IMG/VR virus record: IMGVR_UViG_3300049455_000014
Location: 1-33,031 of that record
Strand: one strand, 5' to 3'
DNA: 33,031 bases
Origin: a virus
Taxonomy: Duplodnaviria > Caudoviricetes
The position numbers were made by a program, and so were the translations under genes. The notes below the pieces were generated by a model that was not told where the DNA came from, did no database searches, and saw nothing but the letters and a program-made list of their open reading frames with translations. Each line of letters begins with the position of its first letter. The stretch's first letter is position 1. Below are positions 15,276 to 25,067 of the stretch, piece by piece.

Positions 15276-17463
15276 TAGCGGGAACAATAATCAAAACAAA
15301 CCGCAAATAGTCATACATCCATCGCAAGAAGAAAATGAACAAATCTTCATACAGCATGGCAATCTTGCGCTTGTAAGAGAAGCTCGTCCGCGAAAAACAC
15401 CTGCTCCAACTTCTACAGCCAATCTCAGAAACAAAGCTCAATCTCTTTCACTTGACTGGGATGATAATGAAGCTCTCCAAATACAGAACCAACGACCTCT
15501 TACAGAAGCTGAACGCAAAGAAACGCTGTACAGTGTCTATGTTGGCAATACCTGGGTAAGTTCGTGTGTTGACGTCATCTCCAAGCGTTTCACCTCTGGT
15601 GGATGGCACATGGAAGAAGTAGAGCAGGATAAAGGCGATCTGAAGAATAAAGACACGCTGAAAAACTTCTTGCTCAACATCAATGACGATGAAGACTTTC
15701 TCCAGTTCTTGCGTGGCGCAGCTGACGACCTGGATATCTACGGTGAATCTTACGCTGAAATCATCCCTGGCCCAGATGGACTACCCGTACAACTCGTTTC
15801 CATCGATTGCGTCACTATGACCTATGAACTGGACGAACATGGTAATATCACCAAATACGTGCAAACACTGGTCAAGAGCAATAGAACCGTTGAATTTAAG
15901 CCGGAACAGATTATCAGATGGTGGCTCCCCTCCAAACGCGCTCGTAAAGTCGCATTCTCTCCAATTGAAAAAATGGTCAATCCAACCTATGCTGACAAGA
16001 ATATGGTGGACTGGGTACACATGTTCTTTAAGAAAGGCACGAGGCCCAGCACCTGGATTAAACTTGGCGATGATAGCGATATCGATGATGCTAGGCAGTA
16101 CCTCAAGTTCTACAAGGAAAACTATACAGGCGCACAAAACGCACATACTCCACAAATCGCTTATGGCGGAGCAACGATTAACGAGTATGGCAAAGGTTCA
16201 ATTGACGTCGACTTTGGTAAAGGCCGTTTGTTCACCCGAGAAGAAGTATTAGCAGGCTATGGTGTACCTCCGGCAACCATCGGTATTATCGAAAGTGGCA
16301 ACATTGGCTCAGGAACAGGTGAAGATCAAGATAAAGCACTGAGGAATAATACCGTTGACCCTATCAAACAGTTGATCTTAGAAAAGTTCAATAGGCGTGT
16401 AGTGGTGGGAGGATTTGGGATCACTGACTGGGTAGTCACAACCAGATATGCTGACTACCGTTCAGATGTGGAAATATCAGAGGTACAAAACAAACGTATC
16501 TTCTCAGGTGTCTCTACTCCAAACCAGGAAAGAATAGACGCTGGCAAAGCGCCATATCCAGATACAGGCGACACACCAATAGTTGTCGCAGGCAAAGAAA
16601 TATTGCCTCTTGAGCGTATAGACGACTTAGCGCAAGAGCAGAGAGACACATCAGATGTCACACTGCAAACACAAAAAGCCGCGCTTGATCTGGCACAAAC
16701 ACAAGCAGACAAAGCCAAACATCCAGACCCTGTGTCCCCTGCGTTGTCAAATGGACAACCTGGACAACAAAAAGCACAGGGAGGTCAACCTGATGCAAAT
16801 CAAAAGCAAGTCAAGCAACAAATGCAACCTCCGCAAGATGAAAATGAACATTTCATACGAGAAGATAAGAATACAGGTATCATGGTTGCGTTTATGCTTG
16901 ATGCTCAAACAGCAAAGAAGCTTGCACTTCCAGGTGGAGAATCACCTAAAGATATGCATATCACATTAGCTTATCTAGGTGATAAGGTTGATTTTACAGG
17001 TGATGTTGCCAAACTGAAAAAAGAACTGACATCATTTGCATCTGAAGCAATACCGCTCAAAGGTACAACGGGTGGATTAGGGCGTTTCACGCCGTCTGAC
17101 AGTTCAGATAACACATCACCGATTGTTGCACTTGTAAATATTCCAGGTATCCAGAAATGGCGTACTCAGTTAGTGAAAAGACTTGAAATTGCAGGGGCTA
17201 CTGTTGCATCAGATTTTGAATTTACTCCACATATCACTCTTGATTATATTGATGCTGATGCACAGTCACCTATCAAGGATGTACCAAATGTTCCACTTGA
17301 CTTTGATACGCTCTGGTTATGTATCGGAGATGAACGTTACTCGTTCAAAGTTGGCGATGAACAATATCCAGATGAACAATATCCAAATGAATCTTTTTTC
17401 GTGAGAGCCTCCGACAATGGAGGCAACCTGCACCTGAACAGCTTAAATGTGAACAAGAACTAG
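15235..17463 (+). CDS. Portal protein with C-terminal 2H phosphoesterase domain
   Basis: Follows TerL. Portal motifs WVSSCVDVIS, DIYGESY, GVPPATIG, TPNQER; Q-rich linker; two HITL motifs at about H575 and H666. Confidence 0.9.
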   Translation: MSRKSNRHTRYSGSSGNNNQNKPQIVIHPSQEENEQIFIQHGNLALVREARPRKTPAPTSTANLRNKAQSLSLDWDDNEALQIQNQRPLTEAERKETLYSVYVGNTWVSSCVDVISKRFTSGGWHMEEVEQDKGDLKNKDTLKNFLLNINDDEDFLQFLRGAADDLDIYGESYAEIIPGPDGLPVQLVSIDCVTMTYELDEHGNITKYVQTLVKSNRTVEFKPEQIIRWWLPSKRARKVAFSPIEKMVNPTYADKNMVDWVHMFFKKGTRPSTWIKLGDDSDIDDARQYLKFYKENYTGAQNAHTPQIAYGGATINEYGKGSIDVDFGKGRLFTREEVLAGYGVPPATIGIIESGNIGSGTGEDQDKALRNNTVDPIKQLILEKFNRRVVVGGFGITDWVVTTRYADYRSDVEISEVQNKRIFSGVSTPNQERIDAGKAPYPDTGDTPIVVAGKEILPLERIDDLAQEQRDTSDVTLQTQKAALDLAQTQADKAKHPDPVSPALSNGQPGQQKAQGGQPDANQKQVKQQMQPPQDENEHFIREDKNTGIMVAFMLDAQTAKKLALPGGESPKDMHITLAYLGDKVDFTGDVAKLKKELTSFASEAIPLKGTTGGLGRFTPSDSSDNTSPIVALVNIPGIQKWRTQLVKRLEIAGATVASDFEFTPHITLDYIDADAQSPIKDVPNVPLDFDTLWLCIGDERYSFKVGDEQYPDEQYPNESFFVRASDNGGNLHLNSLNVNKN
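17394..17424 (+). promoter_or_regulatory. Putative programmed -1 ribosomal frameshift site
   Basis: T TTT TTC heptamer in the portal frame, 6-nt spacer, then the hairpin GCCTCC-GACAAT-GGAGGC. Confidence 0.75.
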
Positions 17464-18035
17464 AAAAGTATCTAGCTTATCTCATTAAAAGCGCTCGTTC
17501 AGGAAAAACGCTTCTTGCTCTTGATCCTGGTGAAAATGTTATCGCACACGTTGCAACCTATTTACAGCAAGCACAGAAGCTAGGCAAGCAGTACGCTACT
17601 CTTTACATAAAGCAAAACAAAGAGTCAGTGATTGGTACTGACTTGGGCGCAAGCTTGTTAGATAGAGCTAAGAACTTAATTCAGAGAGCACTGCAATGGG
17701 CAAAGGATTTATTCACATCGAAAGTAGATGATCTTGGAACTGATGCCAGTGAAGAGGATATTCAAGCGGCATTAGATGATGTAGCTCTCAATGTAGCAGA
17801 AAACTTGGGACTGACTGAAATTCAAGATGTCGTTGAAGAGGCAGTACAGGATGAATTTATAGCATCAGGCATAGGGCAAATTGAATGTGTGAATGAGCCT
17901 GGCGCATGCCCTCCGTGTGTTGAGAATGCAGATGCTGGTCCAATTAATATAGGAGAATCGTTTCCAAGTGGGCATACACGAGCGCCATTTCATAATTGTT
18001 GTCGATGCCATACAGTACCTGCGGGGGAGGGATAA
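17400..18035 (+). CDS. MuF/SPP1 gp7-like minor head morphogenesis domain, probably made as a -1 frameshift extension of the portal
   Basis: C-terminal ACPPC..NA..GPI.IGESFPSG...PFHNCCRC motif. The frame is open from 17391; the track's GTG 17628 lacks a clear SD. Confidence 0.8.
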   Translation, partial: RESLRQWRQPAPEQLKCEQELEKYLAYLIKSARSGKTLLALDPGENVIAHVATYLQQAQKLGKQYATLYIKQNKESVIGTDLGASLLDRAKNLIQRALQWAKDLFTSKVDDLGTDASEEDIQAALDDVALNVAENLGLTEIQDVVEEAVQDEFIASGIGQIECVNEPGACPPCVENADAGPINIGESFPSGHTRAPFHNCCRCHTVPAGEG

Positions 18036-18042
18036 GGAAGAA

Positions 18043-18348
18043 ATGAATGAAGACAAAGCAATACATGAGCTAAAACGCATAGCAGATGCATTAGAGAAGC
18101 AAAATAACACCAATCAGGAATGGTTAGAACTTAATAAAAAATGGCATGAAGAAGCTGAGGTCTTGACTGAAAAGCGATATCAGGAGCATAGAGCACATGC
18201 CGAGCGTGAGTTCAAGTCTGCTCAAGAGTGGCACGATGAGGCAGAGCGGCTGAATGAACTACGCTTTCAAGAGCATAGGGAACGTGAGCAAACGATGCTA
18301 ATGGCGTATCTTGCTACTCTCAGATCAAAGGAGGAAGAGAAGCAATGA
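18043..18348 (+). CDS. Coiled-coil protein with internal 29-aa repeat
   Basis: WHEEAEVLTEKRYQEHR / WHDEAERLNELRFQEHR; AAGGA SD. Confidence 0.75.
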   Translation: MNEDKAIHELKRIADALEKQNNTNQEWLELNKKWHEEAEVLTEKRYQEHRAHAEREFKSAQEWHDEAERLNELRFQEHREREQTMLMAYLATLRSKEEEKQ

Positions 18349-18740
18349 GTAGAGCAACTATACATCTTCCGGCAAACATCGGAGAAAAGATAGCGAATGA
18401 TGTAGCTTCTGGCATGGGATCATGGTATTTTGTCATTGCACAAACAGGTATACTTGTGGCATGGATTATATTAAACTCGGTTGGTTGGTTCATCTTTAAG
18501 TGGGATGCGTATCCTTTTATCGCAATGAACCTGTTATTATCCTGTCAAGCGGCCTATGCAGCTCCACTTATTCTCATGAGTTCTAACAGAGCGGCGGTAC
18601 GTGACAAAAAACGCGATGATCTTGAGTCAGATGAAGTGCAATCTTTATTTGATAATCACTTGCTTTTGCTCAAAATAAATGATCAGCAACTTGAGATTTT
18701 GAAAGAGTTACGAGGGACAAAAACAACAAAGGTAAAATGA
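18345..18740 (+). CDS. DUF1003-like membrane protein
   Basis: GEKIANDVASGMGSW.F...WDAYPFIAMNLLLSCQAAYAAPLILMSSNR...RD. Confidence 0.85.
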   Translation: MSRATIHLPANIGEKIANDVASGMGSWYFVIAQTGILVAWIILNSVGWFIFKWDAYPFIAMNLLLSCQAAYAAPLILMSSNRAAVRDKKRDDLESDEVQSLFDNHLLLLKINDQQLEILKELRGTKTTKVK

Positions 18741-18746
18741 GGATGT

Positions 18747-19136
18747 ATGGAATCTGAACATAGACAGAACGGCATTATTCGTTTCTCATGGCGATTAGCG
18801 CAACAGATTATGCCAGAGATCAAGCTTAATGGTTTATATGTAAATGGTAGGTTGCTTGCACAAGAAGATTTGCGAGTAACTGGCTTCTTTGTTGAGTTAC
18901 ACAAGCGTTTACTTTTGCCAGAATCATATGAGGTTATCGGTATTTTCTTTGAACATCTGCGTAGTTGTTGGGATGTGTTGGTGTATTCACCAGAAATCAA
19001 AGAACCTAAAGAGGGCTTATATTTGCCACATGTAGAGCCAATCTATACTTGTGATATGTATGGGAATAACAAGAAATTGGTACGTATGCATATTGAATAT
19101 GAGAATTCTAATGACAGAGTATTGAGGGTAGACTAA
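18747..19136 (+). CDS. Hypothetical protein
   Basis: 129-aa ORF with GAGG SD. Confidence 0.75.
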   Translation: MESEHRQNGIIRFSWRLAQQIMPEIKLNGLYVNGRLLAQEDLRVTGFFVELHKRLLLPESYEVIGIFFEHLRSCWDVLVYSPEIKEPKEGLYLPHVEPIYTCDMYGNNKKLVRMHIEYENSNDRVLRVD

Positions 19137-19354
19137 TGACTGAATCTGTACGTTATCTATTAGCCAGCGCTAGCATTAACGAGCTATCAGAGGATGATAT
19201 CAAGCTCATTGAAGATCATCCTCATCCTGAAGAAGTGATTCAGTTGCTTGTTCAATACAAACAGGCAACAATGAAGAAAGAGCATTATACCCTGGAACAA
19301 GTTGCTGAAAGTTTCAAACTCGCAATGCAGATAGCAAAAGAATTGAAAACTTGA
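19136..19354 (+). CDS. Hypothetical protein
   Basis: TAATG coupling to the previous gene. Confidence 0.65.
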   Translation: MTESVRYLLASASINELSEDDIKLIEDHPHPEEVIQLLVQYKQATMKKEHYTLEQVAESFKLAMQIAKELKT

Positions 19355-19614
19355 AGAGACTGGAAACAAATTCTCAACAATTGAAAACTTGACGTGAAGT
19401 ACCCTATAGCTTTCGCGTGTCTGTTTAGCAGACTATCAGGCTTACAGAAACGTACCTGTAGGACTCTTCCGGCCCTGTGGTAGCACGATGACTGTTGAAC
19501 GCTAGTATTTTTATCCAAAGAAGCAATTTACTTTGGAACCAGTCAAAACACTATTCAGTTTTAAGAGTGCTATAGATACATTCTAGCACAACATATGAAA
19601 AGCGGAAATAGTTC

Positions 19615-19644
19615 TTGCATAACATTATGTAAATCCTGTATGAT
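19615..19644 (+). promoter_or_regulatory. Possible promoter for the head genes
   Basis: TTGCAT-18 nt-TATGAT in a 326-bp intergenic gap. Confidence 0.4.
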
Positions 19645-19680
19645 AGTACGTGAAGTGGTGAAAGTGTGAGGTAGTGTGGC

Positions 19681-21291
19681 GTGTCTAATCGTAAGCTTAC
19701 AAAGAATCTCTATGAGGCCAAATGGACTAGCGCATTAAAGGCGGCTTATTTTAAGTCACATCCTGAAAATTGCGCTGGCCCAGATGGCTCATACCCTATC
19801 AAAGATGCTTCAGATGTTGGCGATGCCTGGGATTTAGCAGGACATGCAGCATCGCCCGATGCAGTACGAGCGAAAATCAAATCTATTGCTGCAAGAATGG
19901 GCTTCACATCTGGACTCCCTGCCACTGCATCAGCAAAAGAAAACGTCAACGAATCCACTCCATTCACTCCTAAAGCCAGAGTAGCCACATTCAAAACAAA
20001 GTTCTTGACTGATGGCGCTCAATCCAGGAACGGGCGCACCTATCCACAAGAGGCAGTCAACAAGCTCGTCAGCTCAGGTCAGCTACAACTTGAAACCGCC
20101 GGTTCCAATCCGCTCAATTGTTATATTTCACATTCTGAAGCTGACGATGATAATGGTTTGAAAATTGCTGGCAAGATCACAAAGGTATGGAAGTCTGGTA
20201 GTGATGCATGGGCAAACATCGAAATGCCAGATACCACTACAGGACGTGAAGCTGCAACGCTTGCAAAGTTTGGTGTCTTAAAAACTTCACTCAGAGCAAC
20301 GGGCGCTGAACTACGTATGTCTAAATCCGGGGGATTGCCTGAAGTATCAGGTGAGGGTTTACAGCTTCTAGGCATTGATTTCACATCCAAGCCGGGAGTT
20401 GAAACCGTCACAGTGGAGGATGTGATACTGGAAAGTTCTTCAAACCACACTTCACAAGATATCAATGAAATATTTGAGATGCCTGCTGAGTCTTTGTTGC
20501 TTGAAGAAGTTGTAGAGACTGAAGAAACACAAGAAGCTTCTTCAGATGGTCATACACTCATGATAGCTAACAAAAACGACATGCAAGCTATCCATGACCA
20601 CATTGCAATGGCTCAAGGCCGTTCTTGCGCTTCTGGCAGTATGGAAAATCAGGAAGCAGGACGTAAATTCTCAGCATCCACACAATCACAGCTTGACGCC
20701 GCTCACGATAAAACTGCTGAAGTCTTAGGGATTGAATGTGGTGGTTCCAGTAGTAGCGCAATGGGAGATGACGATATGACAGGCGACGACGATCCAAACG
20801 AAAACACCGATCTTGAAAAAGATCATGTTGATAATCAAACTTTAGACAATGTAGAAACACCCGAGGAGGAAACGGACACCATGACACCAGAGGAAATGAT
20901 TCAGGCATTAAAGGAGGCCGGGTTTTCCGTTGAGCCTCCTAAAACCGCAGAAGAGAAGCTTGACGAAGCGCTCAATGCCAAGCTTGCAGCAATGCAAGAA
21001 AGCTTCAATGCCAAACTGGAAGAGGCAAAAAACCAGTTGATTGCAGCTGGACCTAAGCCCCAACGTCAGTCACTTGTAGAGGGAAACACTACTACTACTA
21101 CTACTCAGACTCAGAACAATCCCAAGATTTATCGCAAAGGCTCTTATCTTCAGGAACAGTTGAAAGGCTTGGACTGGGCAGAGCTTGCAGACAAAACCAT
21201 GCCGTTACCTGATGGTATTAATCCAGCGTACTTGCTGCAAGAATTTGGGCATTTGTACCTCATGAAGACTGGCTACTACGACCAGGATTAA
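19681..21291 (+). CDS. Prohead protease-scaffold fusion with extra N-terminal domain
   Basis: SRNGRTYP, ISH, TSLRATG and GIDFTSKPG protease-like motifs; acidic linker; coiled-coil C-terminus; located before the capsid gene. Confidence 0.8.
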   Translation: MSNRKLTKNLYEAKWTSALKAAYFKSHPENCAGPDGSYPIKDASDVGDAWDLAGHAASPDAVRAKIKSIAARMGFTSGLPATASAKENVNESTPFTPKARVATFKTKFLTDGAQSRNGRTYPQEAVNKLVSSGQLQLETAGSNPLNCYISHSEADDDNGLKIAGKITKVWKSGSDAWANIEMPDTTTGREAATLAKFGVLKTSLRATGAELRMSKSGGLPEVSGEGLQLLGIDFTSKPGVETVTVEDVILESSSNHTSQDINEIFEMPAESLLLEEVVETEETQEASSDGHTLMIANKNDMQAIHDHIAMAQGRSCASGSMENQEAGRKFSASTQSQLDAAHDKTAEVLGIECGGSSSSAMGDDDMTGDDDPNENTDLEKDHVDNQTLDNVETPEEETDTMTPEEMIQALKEAGFSVEPPKTAEEKLDEALNAKLAAMQESFNAKLEEAKNQLIAAGPKPQRQSLVEGNTTTTTTQTQNNPKIYRKGSYLQEQLKGLDWAELADKTMPLPDGINPAYLLQEFGHLYLMKTGYYDQD

Positions 21292-21347
21292 TGAGACTTT
21301 ACGAATAGACACATAGGGGATATGTGGAGAGGGAAGAAAGAAATACT

Positions 21348-22802
21348 ATGGCAACTCTTGAAGACTTGAGGGAAGCGTACACCACTGGTACAGCCGGTAC
21401 AGCAGCTCCTCTTATTAATAAGGTCATCGACAAACTCTTGCTGATTGACCAGCGCAAATATGCGCCAATGCGCCGAGCACTCCCACGTCAAACCTGGGAA
21501 ACCGACATCTTTTACTTTAATGCTCAAACCGCTTTGCCACAAGCGCAGATGACCACTGAAAATCCACCGACAACTGGTACAGGCTCAGTGGCAGCTACTA
21601 ACTCAACCTACACACAGGGCAGCTTTCCAATCAAGCACATGCAAGTCAATCTTGACATTCCAGCATTCTCTCAGCAAGTGGCTCAAGCTAACGGCAATTT
21701 GCGAGATTTGGAACTGACGGCTGCTGGCAAGTCCTATTCCTGGCTTGAAGAAATCATTCACTACTTTGGAAGCGCAACCGGTACGCTGAATACCAAGCGC
21801 CCACAGTGGGACGGATTTGATATCCAGGTAGCTGGCGTCAACAAGATCGATGCTGCAACTCAACTCCTTTCGCTTCAGATGATGGACAACGCACTTGATT
21901 CTGTCAAAGGCGTTGCTGCAACTGACCTGGGAGATGATTGGTTCTATCTCATGAGCGGCAAAATGCAATCCAGGTTGAATGGCCTTTTTATCAATCAGCA
22001 ACAGTACCTCAGAGGTGTATCTCGCATCTTCGCTCGCGATGACTTCGGGAATCCAAATAACGCCGTATCGGACAACTATCTTGATGGTGGCGTGGAAGTT
22101 GCAACCTATCGCAATATTCCAATCGTGCTTTCAAACTTCATGGGTAACGTTGGTTCAAGTGCGACCGGCGGTTTGACCAATACTTCCAACAACACTGGTT
22201 CAGCCGGTGGCTTGTTAGCTTCTCATACCTACTACTACATGCTAGAAGCGGTGACACGTTACGGTCTCATGGCTGCTTCTGTTGAGTATTCCAAATCACC
22301 AAATGCTGATGGAAATAGCATCATCTTCTCCTGGACAACTCCAACGCCTACCGATGCCTTTGGCAACACCATCGATATTCTTGGCTATCGCTTGCATCGT
22401 TCTGATAATACAAGTGGCGCTGAAAGCCTCTATGCGCTTATCGCTGGCAAAGATGCATCAGACGCGGCGATCACGTCATTTACTGATACTGGCCTACCAG
22501 TCACTCCGAGCGCGGCAGATACCACTTCAACCTGGTGTACCGTTGCGAAATCTGGCGCTAATGCTGCTTCTGATGGCGTGACATTCCCGCGTGTACAGTC
22601 AGGTACTCAGGTTGTTGAAGACATCTTCCTGGTGCCTCGCACTCCTGAATTCGCAGTGGTTCCAGTGGTCAACGAGATGACCATGAAAGCTTTGGCGCAG
22701 GTCAACGCACGTAGCAATCAGTACGCCATGATTGGCGATCAAACTTTTGCTTTGAGAAGTGGCGCATTTGCTGCAAAAATCAGCCGTGTACGTGCCAACT
22801 AG
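21348..22802 (+). CDS. Major capsid protein with inserted Fn3-like domain
   Basis: Position and size; HK97-fold-like segments (PLINKVID, WDGFDIQ, VATYRNIPIV); insertion YYY..AV..YG...FSWT...GYRLHRS...FTDTG. Confidence 0.85.
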   Translation: MATLEDLREAYTTGTAGTAAPLINKVIDKLLLIDQRKYAPMRRALPRQTWETDIFYFNAQTALPQAQMTTENPPTTGTGSVAATNSTYTQGSFPIKHMQVNLDIPAFSQQVAQANGNLRDLELTAAGKSYSWLEEIIHYFGSATGTLNTKRPQWDGFDIQVAGVNKIDAATQLLSLQMMDNALDSVKGVAATDLGDDWFYLMSGKMQSRLNGLFINQQQYLRGVSRIFARDDFGNPNNAVSDNYLDGGVEVATYRNIPIVLSNFMGNVGSSATGGLTNTSNNTGSAGGLLASHTYYYMLEAVTRYGLMAASVEYSKSPNADGNSIIFSWTTPTPTDAFGNTIDILGYRLHRSDNTSGAESLYALIAGKDASDAAITSFTDTGLPVTPSAADTTSTWCTVAKSGANAASDGVTFPRVQSGTQVVEDIFLVPRTPEFAVVPVVNEMTMKALAQVNARSNQYAMIGDQTFALRSGAFAAKISRVRAN

Positions 22803-22833
22803 CTACTAAAAAAAAGAAAGAGAGAACACGAAC

Positions 22834-23952
22834 ATGGCAGCAGGAACCGCAAACAATGCACAACCTTTGGACGGTAATTATAGGCAAATGGCCGACATGC
22901 TGGTTTCACCTGGAACTGGCGTTGTGCTACCGCAAGGTGGGAAAGATGTACTGACTGATCCGATAACAGGGCAGCAATACGCCCCTGCTATGGCGAACGT
23001 CTCACAGACTATGCCGTCTATTCTACAAAAGGCGGCAGGTGTCTCCACTGGTTCAGTGGCAACGCTCGCCAAAGCGTTTGCAAACAACGTTACGCAAGGT
23101 AATTCAATCGTGGTTGTTGCAGCGTGTGGCAATGGTACAGCTATGACCGTTGCTGACTCACTCAGCAACACCTATACATCAGCAATTAATGCGCCTAACT
23201 CAACAACCTTTGAAACGCAGATATTCTTTGCCGTTAATACCCCCGGCGGAGCTAACACCGTTACCGTTACCAATGCGGGTACTGCCGCTTCAGTGGCAGT
23301 AGAAATCTATGAAGTTAATGGTCTGATTGCTCAGGTACAAGCGCAACCAGATCAAACATCCATTAGCACTGGCACAGGCACAACTGCCTCTACTCCAAAT
23401 ATTGCAGCTTCCTCGCCTAACTCATTGGCCTTTGCCGGTGTAGCAATAGGTACAGGCGTTGTTACAAACTTTGCAGCAGGAGCAGGCTTGACCTACGACT
23501 CAAGCACACAGCAACCTGCTACCCCGTCAGGCTTGTTTCAGTTTGCATCTTTGTCGGGCTATCTTGCAAGTACGAATGCACTTGCACCTGGCGCAACCTG
23601 GACAACTTCACGAGCATGGTCAATGGCAGTGGCGATCTTCAAGCCTGTTGCACTAGGAATGCAAGGTACTGTTCAGATTGGCGGGTATACCTATACTCGT
23701 GTGACTAGTGCTGGTACAACGCTTGTGAAAACTGGCCCTGGTGTTTTGCATGCCGTCGCGTGCAACACTCCGACGAGCACTGCAACCATCGAATTGGACG
23801 ACGCGATTACAAATACCGCGCCTATTATCGGCAAGATCCTCTTCGCGGCGGCTGCAACACCTTCAACGGTTGTATATGATGTGGCGTTCACGACAGGCTT
23901 GAGCGTCACGGTGGCAGTAGCAACAGTTGATGCTACTATCATCTGGAAGTAG
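22834..23952 (+). CDS. Virion structural or decoration protein
   Basis: A/T/G/S-rich beta protein after the capsid gene; C-terminal LVKTGPGVLH...YDVAFTTGL domain. Confidence 0.7.
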   Translation: MAAGTANNAQPLDGNYRQMADMLVSPGTGVVLPQGGKDVLTDPITGQQYAPAMANVSQTMPSILQKAAGVSTGSVATLAKAFANNVTQGNSIVVVAACGNGTAMTVADSLSNTYTSAINAPNSTTFETQIFFAVNTPGGANTVTVTNAGTAASVAVEIYEVNGLIAQVQAQPDQTSISTGTGTTASTPNIAASSPNSLAFAGVAIGTGVVTNFAAGAGLTYDSSTQQPATPSGLFQFASLSGYLASTNALAPGATWTTSRAWSMAVAIFKPVALGMQGTVQIGGYTYTRVTSAGTTLVKTGPGVLHAVACNTPTSTATIELDDAITNTAPIIGKILFAAAATPSTVVYDVAFTTGLSVTVAVATVDATIIWK

Positions 23953-23959
23953 TTTCTGT

Positions 23960-24124
23960 ATGGATGATGTTGTTTTAGTAGTGAGTCAAGAGGGGCAGTT
24001 TCGTGCTGTCTCTCTTGCCGTAGCACTTCTTTTATGTCAACAAGCAGGATTTAGGTTTGCTACCCCTGCCGAGCAAAATCAATACGAGCAAGCGCAACGA
24101 AAAGCAAGTGATTTGAGGGAATGA
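23960..24124 (+). CDS. Small hypothetical protein
   Basis: Fills the gap; GFRFATPAE motif. Confidence 0.6.
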   Translation: MDDVVLVVSQEGQFRAVSLAVALLLCQQAGFRFATPAEQNQYEQAQRKASDLRE

Positions 24125-24127
24125 GAA

Positions 24128-25063
24128 ATGCCAAGATTGTATCTTACGAGCGCAGAGCTTAAAGAGAGCGTTCTTGGCTTTTCAATGGCAGGGCCAATAG
24201 GCGCTCTCACGGCGGCGGCTTTGGATAAATTGCTTTTTAGGGCCAGTGAACGTGTTGATGGCTTTTGCAAGCGCCGTATTCAAACCATAGGTTCAACAAC
24301 CATAAGCGGTGCTTCAACTATCACGGCTGGCTCTACTTCACTTCCTGTTGTTTCAACGCTTACTTTTGACAACAAAGATGAGCAAGCGGTAACGATAGGT
24401 ACAGGTGGAAGCCAGGAAACAGTACTTATTCAGTCAGGCGGGGTATCAATCACAGCCTACACATCACCTTATCCTGGCACGCTTACCTTAGATACTCCAA
24501 CGCAATTTAATCATGCAGTGGGTGAAGCAGTAGTAGGCATCTACAAAGAAGTGACAGAAGCGGGCGGAGTTTCTTCCGGTGATAGCTTTAGCGAATCCAT
24601 TTTGACGCAACAAGCGCAAATAGCGCAAGCGCATCAACCTGCTATTAACCTACGGAATTTAACGAGGGTAGTGTGGTTACGTAACAGTCCAATCATCTCT
24701 ATTTCTGGCATAGAACATGCTTATAGCTTTCTGAACAGCTATCAAGCTGTGACAGGTAACATCATGATACCAAACGCGCATGATGGTTGGTACAGATTTA
24801 GTTCTGGCATTGTGATCACGCCAGAGGGACTTATGAGAACAACCTACCTGGGCGGCTATCTGGTAGCGCCTGATGATGTGAAGCAAGCAACCATGTACTA
24901 CGCAGCAGATTTATTGCAGCAATTCATCAATCCTGGTATGGCTATTGAAACGAGGCAAGGTAAAGTTGCTTTTAAATATGCTACTGGCAACAGGCCAAAA
25001 TCGCCAAATGTAGAAGCGGCTGAGGGCATCTTAAAAGACGGGAAATATAGGAGGATAGTGTAA
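24128..25063 (+). CDS. Head-tail adaptor (gp6/gp15-like) with insertion
   Basis: YLTSAELK...ASERVDGFCKR...TYLGGY..PDDVKQA. Confidence 0.8.
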   Translation: MPRLYLTSAELKESVLGFSMAGPIGALTAAALDKLLFRASERVDGFCKRRIQTIGSTTISGASTITAGSTSLPVVSTLTFDNKDEQAVTIGTGGSQETVLIQSGGVSITAYTSPYPGTLTLDTPTQFNHAVGEAVVGIYKEVTEAGGVSSGDSFSESILTQQAQIAQAHQPAINLRNLTRVVWLRNSPIISISGIEHAYSFLNSYQAVTGNIMIPNAHDGWYRFSSGIVITPEGLMRTTYLGGYLVAPDDVKQATMYYAADLLQQFINPGMAIETRQGKVAFKYATGNRPKSPNVEAAEGILKDGKYRRIV

Positions 25064-25067
25064 GGGT

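Noticed and set aside
17356-17385. 15-bp tandem duplication (DEQYP x2)
   Set aside because: Real, but a simple in-frame linker duplication with no independent function evident.
22800-22835. Readthrough or frameshift from the capsid gene into the next gene at the A8 run
   Set aside because: The A-run lies after the stop codon, readthrough is out of frame with the next ORF, and that ORF has its own ATG.
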